The notes beneath the pieces were generated by a model. That model saw only the letters and a list, made by a program, of their open reading frames with translations. It was not told the origin of the DNA and did not search any database. From Thraustochytrium aureum (Eukaryota), in NCBI GenBank assembly GCA_012862495.1, contig BLSG01000428.1:62001-102439 (forward strand): 40,439 nucleotides of DNA. Direction: 5' to 3'. This document shows positions 9,603 through 22,104 of this stretch, one piece after another. The position numbers and the translations under genes were made by a program. How positions within the stretch are numbered: the first letter of the stretch is position 1; each line of letters begins with the position of its first letter.

Positions 9603-12407
9603 CTACTTGGTTTGCTGCACTCGGGACGCGCGGTGCAGCATCTCTCGCTGCTTTTCTTTGAGCTCCAAACGGCGTTTCATAACCGAGACTTGCTTCTTGA
9701 CCATGTTGGCTTGGATCTCCTGGTCCCGTTTATCGCGGATCGAGCTGAAAAACGCCTCGTCCACAAGCTCCTCGTCGCGCTCCTTGCGCTCCTGCTGCGC
9801 CATCTGCTCAAGCTGCGTCTCGCTGGCCGCCGCTCGACTCTCCCCAATCCCGCCCTCCACGACCATGCGGTCGTAAAAGATGGGCTTGACTCTGCTCTCT
9901 TGGAGCTCGAGGCGAATGGAACCCCACTCTTCGCCTTGCGCAAACGTGCAGTAGTGGCTTGCCAGAGCCAAAATCGTGCGTTGGTCACGTGAGAGGCAGA
10001 GAGATTCGTCGTTGGCGGCGTCGATGCCGACCGAGCTCAGCAAGGCGTACAAGCGATCGCGAAGGTCGATGTGGTTTGCACCGTCCAGGACGCGTTGCTC
10101 TTCCTCGGGGACCATGACCGACTGAGCCATCTTGAGGGCTTCGTGCAAGCGACCTATTTGCCCGAACCCTGCCGGCCCCGCTGTGGGGTCGCCGCACCGG
10201 GCGTCAGAGCCCGCAACCCCAAGACATTGAGAGAGCAAGCCCGTCGTGCTTAGGGACGACGAGCCTGCTGGCTCTGGGCGACGTCGGCGGTGCAGCGGCC
10301 AGTCAAGGTCTTGCAAGACCAGGGATTCGTTGTTGCTGCTCGAGCTCGGGGCGCCGCGTGCCCCAATGCCATGCGCGCTTTCGAGCCAGTAGTCCAGAAC
10401 CAGCCCGATCGCGCTGCGCCCACTCTTGGACGATTTCCACTGCAACACGTACGGCCGAGTGTGCTCACTGTTGTGGTGCACAAGGTCCGCAAGAACGGCG
10501 AGGACATGCCCCCGAAGTTGAGGTGACCTTGCCGCTTCCAGAGCGTCGAGAAGGCGCTCCACCCCGTCCGCGCCAAGAAACCGCAGATAGGACTTGGTTA
10601 GCGGGACGACGGCGCGCCTCAAGCAGGAAAGAGCCGCGACCAAGCCACTGTCCGTGTATGCAAAGCTGACAGGGTCGACCGCGAGAAAGTGCTCGCAAAT
10701 CGCCTCGATGCCCCCGCTCTTGCGAAACTGGCGCGCCAATGCCGGCGTTTCAGCGCCACAGATACGCGCCAGAACGAGTGCGGCAGTGCAGCGCACCTCT
10801 GCATCGTCGCCTCGCGCCTCCTTGTCGAGGCACGCAACGAGCCCTCGGACAAATGCCTTGGAGCCCGGCACGTCCACGAGCTTGGCAACGGGGAGAGCCT
10901 CACTCATTTGAAGCGCGACGTCGAGCGCCTCACCTAGCAGCCCTGAAGGGCGCTCGACCTCGGCGCAAAGTAGTCCTGCCACTGCCTGCCCGCCTTCGAG
11001 ACTTGCAAACTGTTCGGGGAGCAAGGGTACCATGTACGCTAGAACTCGGAGCGCATCCTTTTGCAAAACCGCGAGCTGCTGAGCAGACCAGCGCGCGCGC
11101 GCACCATGGTTGGCAGCTCGTGGGTCGACATAGACAAGCAAGCTCGCAAGAAATAGCGAGTCGCCGATGACGGCCAGGCTCTCGGCGTGCGAAGCGAGGT
11201 CCTTGATCAGATACCAGATCAACACCTTCATCTCGAGGTCGAGGGCGTCGACGGTTTTGAAGTGCCTTTCATCGCAGCCCGTAGGCAGCTCGTGCTCCGC
11301 GGCTGTGGCGTACAGGACGAGAAGCGAGAGGAAGCCGGTTTCGTAAAAGTGGACCAGGTTGCCCTTACGACGAGCCAGGAGGGTCGAAATGACCAGTACT
11401 TCGTTGCGGAGCTCTTTGTCCGAGTTTTTGAAGCCCTCCACGAGCATGCGCTCGAGAAGGGAGCGGAGCATGCCGAGAGTCGCTGCATCGCCCAACACGT
11501 ACAAGGCATTTGCATGGCGGTACTTGTCCAGCAGCTGCATCCTGTTGCTTGCGAGCTGGGAGCCCCCGATCCGGTCAACCGAGTGCTCAAGCACGCTCCA
11601 AAGGATCTGCACCATGAGTTTGATCTCCTCCTTTCGAAAGTCGACGAGTTGCGAAACAACCTTAACGAGGAGCGCCGGGACGCGTTCACGGTTCAAACTC
11701 AGCGCGCTTTCTCTGTATCCAGCCAGCTCTCGCACCAACTTCATCAAGCTAACTGTGCAGACTTGCGGGTGAGGATTGTCGTCGCCTGGGACGATACCGT
11801 ACGCCCTGTCGTATTCGGCCTGGCTGATTCGGCCGTCGCCGTCGACGTCGTTGCAGAACAAATGATCCACTTCCGTGCGCACCGCTTGCGCCACCACTTG
11901 CATCGCTCCACTTCGTTGGAAGAGGTGCTGGTTGTAAGTCCACTCGTCTGGGCGTTGGTCGAGCAGAGCCTCGGCTTCAGCCTCGGCGGCGGACTTTTGC
12001 ACAGCGAGGTCATGAGTGGTCTCGCGGCGCTTTTTCGTGAACTCGAAGAGCGCGTTTGCGGCGCATATCTTGACCGTATTGCTAGTGCTCAGCAAGAGCG
12101 CGCTCAGCGTGCGGAGCATCGAGCAAATCGCCTCCGCGTTGCGGTACTTTGCGTTGCACGTTTCCTGCACGAAAGGCTTGCCGCACAAGCGTAGGAGGGC
12201 ACACAGCGCCTCCTCTGTTCTTGACGACCCTTTGGCGCCGTCGATGAGCTCGCTCGCGAGGACGAGGACTTGTTCCGTGTAGGCGAGCTCTGATATCAGC
12301 ACCCCGTGCGTTTCGCGTTCCTGCACGAAGCGGAGGATCTCCTCGGCGTGGCGCTCGAAAAGCTCGCACGTCTCAGGCGCGGTCATCAGCTCTACGATGC
12401 GCTCCAT
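9603..12407 (-). CDS. CFAP69: Cilia- and flagella-associated protein 69 (ARM-like)
   Basis: LLRLCGKPF, GFKNSDKELRNEVLVISTLLA, DLEMKVLIW and LRDRLYALL match recalled CFAP69 blocks. Start placed at MERIV (12407); an upstream in-frame ATG exists at 12602. Confidence 0.85.
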   Translation of the reverse strand: MERIVELMTAPETCELFERHAEEILRFVQERETHGVLISELAYTEQVLVLASELIDGAKGSSRTEEALCALLRLCGKPFVQETCNAKYRNAEAICSMLRTLSALLLSTSNTVKICAANALFEFTKKRRETTHDLAVQKSAAEAEAEALLDQRPDEWTYNQHLFQRSGAMQVVAQAVRTEVDHLFCNDVDGDGRISQAEYDRAYGIVPGDDNPHPQVCTVSLMKLVRELAGYRESALSLNRERVPALLVKVVSQLVDFRKEEIKLMVQILWSVLEHSVDRIGGSQLASNRMQLLDKYRHANALYVLGDAATLGMLRSLLERMLVEGFKNSDKELRNEVLVISTLLARRKGNLVHFYETGFLSLLVLYATAAEHELPTGCDERHFKTVDALDLEMKVLIWYLIKDLASHAESLAVIGDSLFLASLLVYVDPRAANHGARARWSAQQLAVLQKDALRVLAYMVPLLPEQFASLEGGQAVAGLLCAEVERPSGLLGEALDVALQMSEALPVAKLVDVPGSKAFVRGLVACLDKEARGDDAEVRCTAALVLARICGAETPALARQFRKSGGIEAICEHFLAVDPVSFAYTDSGLVAALSCLRRAVVPLTKSYLRFLGADGVERLLDALEAARSPQLRGHVLAVLADLVHHNSEHTRPYVLQWKSSKSGRSAIGLVLDYWLESAHGIGARGAPSSSSNNESLVLQDLDWPLHRRRRPEPAGSSSLSTTGLLSQCLGVAGSDARCGDPTAGPAGFGQIGRLHEALKMAQSVMVPEEEQRVLDGANHIDLRDRLYALLSSVGIDAANDESLCLSRDQRTILALASHYCTFAQGEEWGSIRLELQESRVKPIFYDRMVVEGGIGESRAAASETQLEQMAQQERKERDEELVDEAFFSSIRDKRDQEIQANMVKKQVSVMKRRLELKEKQREMLHRASRVQQTK

Positions 12408-12812
12408 CTTGGCCCCAGCCTTATGTGCCTGCGTCAGGGGGCTGGCGCTGTTGCGCTGGTGCCCGGGTTGCTGGCGGTGCCGCTCGGCGCTCGCTGCTTT
12501 CGCGTTTGGTGCTGCAAGGGTCGTGCGAGATCCGTTGGGTGTTTTCTCGCGGACGATCAAACGAGCGCTCGTCCCAACCGTCTTGTGGCGCCCATCGTGC
12601 ATACTTTCTGCGCCACAGCCTCATGGCAGGCCAAGCCAATCACTCGCTTCGCGCTCGCGTCTCGCTCCACCTGGTCGCGCAGGCAGGCAAGGCAGCTTAG
12701 TCAGAAAGGAGCGAAAAGGCAGACGCGGCGCTGCCGCCAAGGCCGCCCTCCACGCGCCCAAGTCTGTCACCGCCGCCGTCGCACTTGGCCGCCCTCCTCG
12801 GCTTGAGCGGAG

Positions 12813-13285
12813 ATGGCCCTGGACGAGTCCAAGCTTGAAGCTGGCCGCGGGCACATCGACGTTGACGACGACGAGAAGCTCTTGCACCGGGCCGTGTCCG
12901 CAGTGTACTCGGCGCTGATCAAGGAAATGGACGTGTATGTCCAGCTGTACGGCGCTGCCTTTGCGCTCGAGTCCAGGGCGCCGGACGCAGCGGACGAGCA
13001 CAGCCTCGCGTGGACGAGCATGTACGAGGACTTTGAACGGTTCATGAGGCCAAGCTGGAGGCCTTTTGCGACGAGGAAGGCTTGGCCGGCCCGCAAGAGC
13101 TGGCAGCGCGCATCGGCCGCGTTGCAGAGCGAGACGAGCGAGGAGCCAAGATGTTGGCGTTGCTCGTGGCTGGCACCTCCTACGACAAGTTTGTCCGCAT
13201 CATGAAGAGGCGGGCGCCAGCAGCCAAAGCGCACCGAGCGCGAGCAGGAAGCCGGACGCACGAGCGAGAATCCAAGCACAAGTAG
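12813..13285 (+). CDS. BART-domain (ARL2BP/CFAP36-like) protein, with a 1-nt frameshift near 13046
   Basis: EHSLAWTSMYEDFERFM then, with one G restored (atg[g]ag), EAKLEAFCDEEGLAGPQEL...LLVAGTSYDKFVRIMKRR. This fits the BART pattern EHxLxxTxxxxxF...SYxxFxxxM. Confidence 0.7.
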
Positions 13286-13653
13286 CAGCAGAGCTGCGTC
13301 GCGGCCGTCGGACGGACGGCATCGGTCGTTGTTCTCCGATCGTTGATGCCATTTCCCCGCGAGGGAAAAGCGGAAACCAACCAACCACCACCCAGCGGAC
13401 CAGCAGACCAGCAGACCAGCAGAGGCGGATCANNNNNNNNNNNNNNNNNNNNNNNNNNNNNNNNNNNNNNNNNNNNNNNNNNNNNNNNNNNNNNNNNNNN
13501 NNNNNNNNNNNNNNNNNNNNNNNNNNNNNNNNNNNNNNNNNNNNNNNNNNNNNNNNNNNNNNNNNNNNNNNNNNNNNNNNNNNNNNNNNNNNNNNNNNNN
13601 NNNNNNNNNNNNNNNNNNNNNNNNNNNNNNNNNNNNNNNNNNNNNNNNNNNNN

Positions 13654-15829
<2,176 letters not shown>

Positions 15830-16186
15830 AATGCGAGCGCACCGCCGCCCAACCGCTGCGCAGCCCTGCCGACCTGGATGGCCGCTTTCGCGCTTGTGGT
15901 CGCAAGATGGCAAGCCCTTCTCCTGGTCGCGACTCTCCGTCTCACGAGACATGCAAACCACGCGACGCGTCGGCGCAAGCGGATTGTGCGGGCGCGGGTT
16001 TTCGATTCGGTAGGTACCTACAGTACTAGCTCTAGAGGCTGGAGGAAAAGAAATAAAGAGAAATCAAGCGGGGCCACTTCCAACTTGCGAACGATAGAGC
16101 GTTACCGGTCCTGCATTCTGGGGGCCCAGCAGGAAATCCGCAATCCGCGCTTGGCTCTGGCCGACAAGGGCATCCGGAGACAGTAC

Positions 16187-17261
16187 TCACTTGTGCCACG
16201 AATCCGTTGTCGCGTACTCGCTCACGACATTGCGGTCGTCTACCCTTGCTGTCAGCGCACCGGCACCCCCGCAGCTGCCCCAAACCGAGCCAAAACCTTA
16301 GCGCTCCTTCCTTTTAAAAGCAATCCGAACTTACACCTGCCAATCCCAAACGAACAAGACCGTAAAAAAGCCCAGCGAGTTAGCACACCAGGAAATCCAC
16401 AACGACTGATCCGCCAGCCCAAAACATACCTTGGGTACAAACGGCACAGACGCAGCGCTCGCCTGCGCAGTACGTAGTTGGTGTACGGCTGCAAGGCCAT
16501 GTGCACCATGTTCGACCTCACGAACTGCGCGGCCAGGAGGACAAAAGAGAGCGTGCCGAGGACGGGCTCGGCATACCCCCAACTAAAGCTACCAACCGTC
16601 CACACGGAGGTCATCTCGTCAACGGGGATCTCGGACGGGTCCATCTTGACATAGTGCTCGGCAAAGTAGATCACCCAGGGCTTGTAGAAAACAAGTGGGA
16701 CAGACAGCATGCCGCCGCCAAGCCCGCACACGACGCCGATCGTGTACGGGAGCTGCGCCAGAAAGGCGAAGCGGTCGTTTTCGACATTCATTTCCTCCAC
16801 CTTCTCGCGAGCGGTTTGCCAGTCGACGCCGTCGACAGCCATGCTGTTGTCCGGACTCACGAGGGTGCACGTTAGCGAGCTGCACGTCGTGGGCGTGGCG
16901 TGCGCTCTGCTGCCTGGCGCGCTGTTGAACCACACACTTACATGTTTCGCACCAAGCGCTCTCGCGTGGCGCCATGGTGGCCTTTGATCGCCAGCGAAAA
17001 GACCTGCTCGTTGCTCACGTGGCGGAACTTGAGCGGCAGCCTTGCCGCTGTCTCTTGGTCCGGCGGGGCGAGGTCGTAAACGCCCAAGTACTTGCTCGTC
17101 GAGGGAGTCGGCTCTGGTTGCGGCTCCAGCGGGTCGCCGTTCGCGCTTGCCCAGCGGGCCTGCGACCTCAACGCCAGGGGTGCGCCCGCGGAAGCGTGGG
17201 GCTGCATTGCCACGCGCCGTGCAGCCCACCCCACAGAGCGCAGCCGTACGCGAAGCGCCAT
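16187..17261 (-). CDS. Predicted mitochondrial 2-TM membrane protein, 4 exons (17261-16942, 16843-16430, 16336-16335, 16239-16187), 262 aa
   Basis: Arg/Ala-rich, acid-poor N-terminus (MALRVRLRSVGWAARR...RWAS), typical of mitochondrial presequences, and two hydrophobic segments. Three canonical introns of 98, 93 and 95 nt, each with a GTRWGT-type donor and GCTRAC branch. Exon lengths sum to 789 nt, ending LYPRYDRNVVSEYATTDSWHK*. Confidence 0.72.
16335..16336 (-). other. Predicted 2-nt microexon (GT)
   Basis: Minus strand reads ...TTGGCAG|GT|GTAAGT..., an acceptor followed 2 nt later by a perfect donor. Flanking introns 16337-16429 and 16240-16334 each have their own branch site. Confidence 0.65.
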
Positions 17262-18137
17262 CGCGTTTACCTACCTACTCTCCTCTCGGCTGCTGCTGCG
17301 CTGTTGAACGTGGCCCGAGGCGCTCGGACAGTCTTTTTGGTTTGAGCGAGCGGCGGNNNNNNNNNNNNNNNNNNNNNNNNNNNNNNNNNNNNNNNNNNNN
17401 NNNNNNNNNNNNNNNNNNNNNNNNNNNNNNNNNNNNNNNNNNNNNNNNNNNNNNNNNNNNNNNNNNNNNNNNNNNNNNNNNNNNNNNNNNNNNNNNNNNN
17501 NNNNNNNNNNNNNNNNNNNNNNNNNNNNNNNNNNNNNNNNNNNNNNNNNNNNNNNNNNNNNNNNNNNNNNNNNNNNNNNNNNNNNNNNNNNNNNNNNNNN
17601 NNNNNNNNNNNNNNNNNNNNNNNNNNNNNNNNNNNNNNNNNNNNNNNNNNNNNNNNNNNNNNNNNNNNGAGTCAGGCTGCTGCGTGAAAGCTGGAAAGTG
17701 CGAGTGGAACAACGACCTCCCTCATCATCACCAGCGCAGCATTGTTGGCTCGTCACGAGGCGGAGAAACACATCAGCCAGCCTGAGCCTGATCATCATTC
17801 AATCAAAAGTTGACTCACCAGAGGACAGCAACCTCCCTCCCAGACTCTCTCAAGAGCGAGCTACCGGTGAGACTGGTGAGCGAACTGCGAGACTTTCGAG
17901 GCGCCTGTCTGCTGTGTTGCGGCAACGAGCCAAGAGAAGGACAAGGACGCCGTGTGAGGTTGGTTTGCGTGAGGTCATCATCGCTTCTTCTTTCGGGCGC
18001 ACCAGCGATCCGATCTCTCGATCACAGTCTCCGATCGCCGTCAGGCAGGCCAAGCAGCACGCGAGCGCGGCGCAGCCTGCATCGTTGGTCAGAGCGCCGC
18101 ACGCGCGCTAGACCCGCGGGGACGAGGCGCAGCCGCA

Positions 18138-19123
18138 ATGAGTCTCCCCGACGCGCTGGCTGCGCTTGCTAGCTCGCTCGGTGACGCGGTGCGGCCCTTG
18201 TCGGAGGCGGTTCGCAACGCTGCAGCCACGGCCTCTTACCACGCGGCAACGGCCGTCGCCGAGGCGCAGGCGCAGGCAGACATGGAACGCCAGCCAAGTG
18301 GTGAAGGACGCCCTCGCTCCAGGAGCAGGTCGGCGTCGCGCTCCAACAGCCGCAGAGCCAGCGACCACGGCTCGCACGGAACTGCACGGACAGACCCCTT
18401 CGGTTCGAGCTTCTTCGAAAACTTTGTGGCGGCTGGCGCTACATCCTCTGCGAGGCACGCGCCGCGCAGTGGTGAAGGGCCTCGAGGGCGCTGGCGTCGC
18501 TCGGAATCGCACTCGTCGTCCTCGTCATCAGCTTCGTCTGACTCGCCGCTGCCACCGCAACCGCCCGGATCAAGCCAAACCCGCGGCCGCGCCGCGCCAC
18601 CCGACCCTGCACGGGGATCCTTTTACGGAAGGGCGACAGCTACAAGCCCCCCAGCTGGCCGTACGAGAGAACGAGCGGAGCTGCAAACTCGAGGCCGAAT
18701 TCCCGCCCAACCCGGGCTCGATCGTCGGGGGGCACGGCGAGCGCGTCCCAGGGAGATGGCGCAGCCGGCGCAGTGTCCGAATGCGTGACTCGCCTCGCCA
18801 ATGACGACCGGGCGCGGTTCGCGGGTTGCCGCTTCGAGAACTGGTCAATCCGCGAGCTCAAGGAGCACCTTGACGCGCGGGGAACGAGCCACGAGACGTG
18901 CGTGGAGAAGCGCGAGCTTGTTGTGCTGTGCCGCTCACTTGCTTGGCCGATGCCGCCCACGGTCGCGGACAACGACCCGCACGTGTGTATGGTTTGCTTT
19001 GAGTTCCAGATTGACTGCTGTTTGAGCTGTGGTCACCAGCTATGTTCAGTGTGCTCGTTCGGCCTTGCAGAGTGCCCTATGTGCAAGCAAGTTGTGGCCT
19101 TTCGACTGCGGACCTTTCGCTGA
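18138..19123 (+). CDS. SAP-like + C3HC4 RING E3 ligase (RNF34/RFFL-like C-terminus), with one frameshift between 18542 and 18788
   Basis: WSIRELKEHLDARGTSHETCVEKRELV (SAP-like) and CMVC...LSCGHQLCSVC...ECPMC (RING). The N-terminal ORF (18138-18788) and the RING frame (open from 18542) overlap; one missing A near 18629 would join them. Confidence 0.72.
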
Positions 19124-19887
19124 AGGCNNNNNNNNNNNNNNNNNNNNNNNNNNNNNNNNNNNNNNNNNNNNNNNNNNNNNNNNNNNNNNNNNNNNNNNNN
19201 NNNNNNNNNNNNNNNNNNNNNNNNNNNNNNNNNNNNNNNNNNNNNNNNNNNNNNNNNNNNNNNNNNNNNNNNNNNNNNNNNNNNNNNNNNNNNNNNNNNN
19301 NNNNNNNNNNNNNNNNNNNNNNNNNNNNNNNNNNNNNNNNNNNNNNNNNNNNNNNNNNNNNNNNNNNNNNNNNNNNNNNNNNNNNNNNNNNNNNNNNNNN
19401 NNNNNNNNNNNNNNNNNNNNNNNNNNNNNNNNNNNNNNNNNNNNNNNNNNNNNNNNNNNNNNNNNNNNNNNNNNNNNNNNNNNNNNNNNNNNNNNNNNNN
19501 NNNNNNGGTCGCCAGCCACCTTGAGGGCGTTGGCCGACCTACTTCGTCGCTCGTATGCCGAATAGAGAGGCCGCCCGTTGGCCTACCTCCTCGCTCGTAT
19601 GCGCGGGGTCCTCGCTGCCACCCTTGCCCTTGTGTGCGTCGGCCTGCGGACTCAGCGCGGAGTCTTCGGTGCGTCGGCGCCCGCAACGCGCCAGTCCAGC
19701 GGCTCGTTCACACCGAACGTCGTTTTGTTCGCCGTCAGCCGCCAGACCGACGCAGGTGGTGATGAGTGGCGGCTGGTCGACCTGGCGGCACCAAGCAGAG
19801 CGGAGAGCAGAGAGCGCACCGGACAGCAAGGACCGACGCAGGAGTCGCGCGCGCGCAAGAAAACTACCAACCCAGACCACAGCAAGG

Positions 19888-22104
19888 ATGTCGTGCTGCT
19901 CGTGCAGTGGCAAGGTCGCCGCCCCCTCGCCCGACCCCATCAACATCAAGCCCGTCGACTATCCGCAATACAGCGACAAGGATGCGCAGGCCTTCGTGGA
20001 CAAGTTCCCAGAGGCCCCAGCCGACCTAGCGGTTCGCTGCTACACGTCGCAGCTGATCGGCAAGCAAAGCAGCCTCGTCCTGCACGGCGGCGGCAACACA
20101 AGCTGCAAGCTCACCGTGACGAACACGCTGGGCGACGCGGTCGAGGTGCTCTGCGTCAAGGGTTCGGGGTACAACCTGGACTCGATTGTGCCTCGCGGGT
20201 TTCCGCAGGTCGAGCTCGCTCACCTGCACCGCATGCTGGGCCTCAACTCGCTCAGCGACCCAGAGATGGTCAACGAGCTTCGCACGCACATGATGGACGC
20301 AAGCTCGCCGACGCCTTCGGTGGAGACGCTCCTGCACGCCTTGATCCCGGCCAAGTTCGTGGACCATAGCCACGCCGACGCCATCGTCGCCATGGCAGAC
20401 CACAACCCGGAGGAGGCCAAGGCAATCTTTGCTGAGGCCTTTGGCGACAAGCTCTCCTTCGCGGTGGTGCCGTACCACATGCCCGGCTTCGAGCTTGCCG
20501 GGGCCGCACGCGACGTGTTTACCGGTGCGGGTGATGTGGATTGCCTGATCCTGCTGAAGCACGGCCTGTTCACCTGGGGCCCGGATGCCAAGACATCGTA
20601 CGAAAGGCATGTTCTCGCCGTCTCGCTCGCGGAGCAGTACATCGCAGCCAAGACTGCGCCGAAGCTCACGCTGCGGCCGTACGTGCAGCCCTCGGACGCG
20701 TTCTTTGACCGTGTCACAACCACCTTGCGCGGTGTTTTGAGCGAGCTTTCTGGCGGCAAGTCCTGGATTGTGGCTTACCGCGAGTCGGCCGAGGCCGCCG
20801 CCTGGGCGCAGTCCGAGGAGGTGGAGACCCTTCTCGTTGGCCCGATCACTCCAGACCACGTGATTCGTACCAAGGCCAAGCCTTGCCTCATCCGTGGGCT
20901 CCGCGAGGACGCCTTTTACACTGGGGAAAATGCGCTACTCGAAGGCATGGTCAGGGAAACGCCAGCGGCGGACGATGCATTGCGGGCTTTTGTGCGGTCC
21001 GCGCTCGACGCGTACGTAGAGCGCTACCACGAGTACTTTGGCACCAACAATGCGCGAGTGGGAGGCATCAAGCACGAGCTCGACGCGCTTCCCCGGGTCT
21101 TGCTGCTCGAGCACTTTGGACTCTTCACCGTTGACACGGACCCAAAGGCTTGCGCGGTGTCTGCCGACATTTACGAGCACACCGTGCCCACCATCCTGGC
21201 CTCGACGGCGACTGGGCCTCGCGGCACCTTTGAGCCCATCACCACGGAGGAGCTTTTCGACGTCGAGTACTGGGACCTCGAGCAAGCCAAACTCAAGCTG
21301 GGCGCGAGCAAGGCTGGCGCGCTGAAGGGCAAGGTGGCCTTTATCACTGGCGCGGGCTCCGGGATCGGCCTTGCCACGGCCAGCCTCTTTGCCGAACACG
21401 GCGCCTCGGTGATGATTGCTGACCTGGACGAAACGCGCATCGAGGCCGCGGTCGCAGCTATTGCCGCGCAGACGAAGAACCGGTACGCCGTCGCTGGCGC
21501 CAAGGTCGACGTTGCAGATCCTGCGCAAATCGAAGCCGCCTTCCACAAGGCTTGCTTCTTGTGGGGTGGTGTCGACCTCGTCGTGAGCAATGCTGGCGTT
21601 GTTGTGCAGGCAGCACCAGGCATGGCCTCGGTGGAGCCCAAAGATCTCACCTTGTCTCTCAACGTCAACTTTCTCGCCCACCAATACGTTTCGAGCGCCG
21701 CCGTTCGCCGCATGGTTGTGCAGCGCACTGGAGGCTGCCTGCTCTACAACGTAAGCAAGGCGCCGCTCAACCCTGGCCCGAAGCTTGGTCCGTACGCTGT
21801 GGCGAAGGCCGGCGCGCTTGCTCTAATGCGCCAGTACAGCGTCGAGTACGGCGAGCGTGGAATTCGCAGCAACGCAGTCAACGCAGACCGCGTTCGTACC
21901 AACCTGTTTGATCTCGACCTGGTGGCGAAGCGGGCGCAGGCGCGCGGCCTTTCTGCCGACGAGTACTTTCGAAGCAACTTGCTGGGTGCCGAGGTCCTGG
22001 CGGTTGACGTGGCTGAAGCGTTCCTCTCGCTTGCGGTGGCCAGCAAGACGACCGGCTGCATCACAACTGTCGACGGAGGGAACATCGCCGCTGCGCCGCG
22101 GTGA
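19888..22104 (+). CDS. Bifunctional class II aldolase / short-chain dehydrogenase (RhaD/YuxG-like fusion), intronless, 738 aa
   Basis: LVLHGGGNTSCK, VKGSG, PSVETLLHA, VDHSHAD, LLKHGLFTWG, TPDHVIRTK and EYWDLEQAKL in the aldolase half. TGAGSGIG, VSNAG, YAVAK and TVDGGNIAAAPR in the SDR half. Start placed at ATG 19888. Confidence 0.92.
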   Translation: MSCCSCSGKVAAPSPDPINIKPVDYPQYSDKDAQAFVDKFPEAPADLAVRCYTSQLIGKQSSLVLHGGGNTSCKLTVTNTLGDAVEVLCVKGSGYNLDSIVPRGFPQVELAHLHRMLGLNSLSDPEMVNELRTHMMDASSPTPSVETLLHALIPAKFVDHSHADAIVAMADHNPEEAKAIFAEAFGDKLSFAVVPYHMPGFELAGAARDVFTGAGDVDCLILLKHGLFTWGPDAKTSYERHVLAVSLAEQYIAAKTAPKLTLRPYVQPSDAFFDRVTTTLRGVLSELSGGKSWIVAYRESAEAAAWAQSEEVETLLVGPITPDHVIRTKAKPCLIRGLREDAFYTGENALLEGMVRETPAADDALRAFVRSALDAYVERYHEYFGTNNARVGGIKHELDALPRVLLLEHFGLFTVDTDPKACAVSADIYEHTVPTILASTATGPRGTFEPITTEELFDVEYWDLEQAKLKLGASKAGALKGKVAFITGAGSGIGLATASLFAEHGASVMIADLDETRIEAAVAAIAAQTKNRYAVAGAKVDVADPAQIEAAFHKACFLWGGVDLVVSNAGVVVQAAPGMASVEPKDLTLSLNVNFLAHQYVSSAAVRRMVVQRTGGCLLYNVSKAPLNPGPKLGPYAVAKAGALALMRQYSVEYGERGIRSNAVNADRVRTNLFDLDLVAKRAQARGLSADEYFRSNLLGAEVLAVDVAEAFLSLAVASKTTGCITTVDGGNIAAAPR

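Noticed and set aside
16240..16941. Introner-type (transposon-derived) repeated introns
   Set aside because: The introns share size and splice signals but show no visible sequence similarity or terminal inverted repeats.
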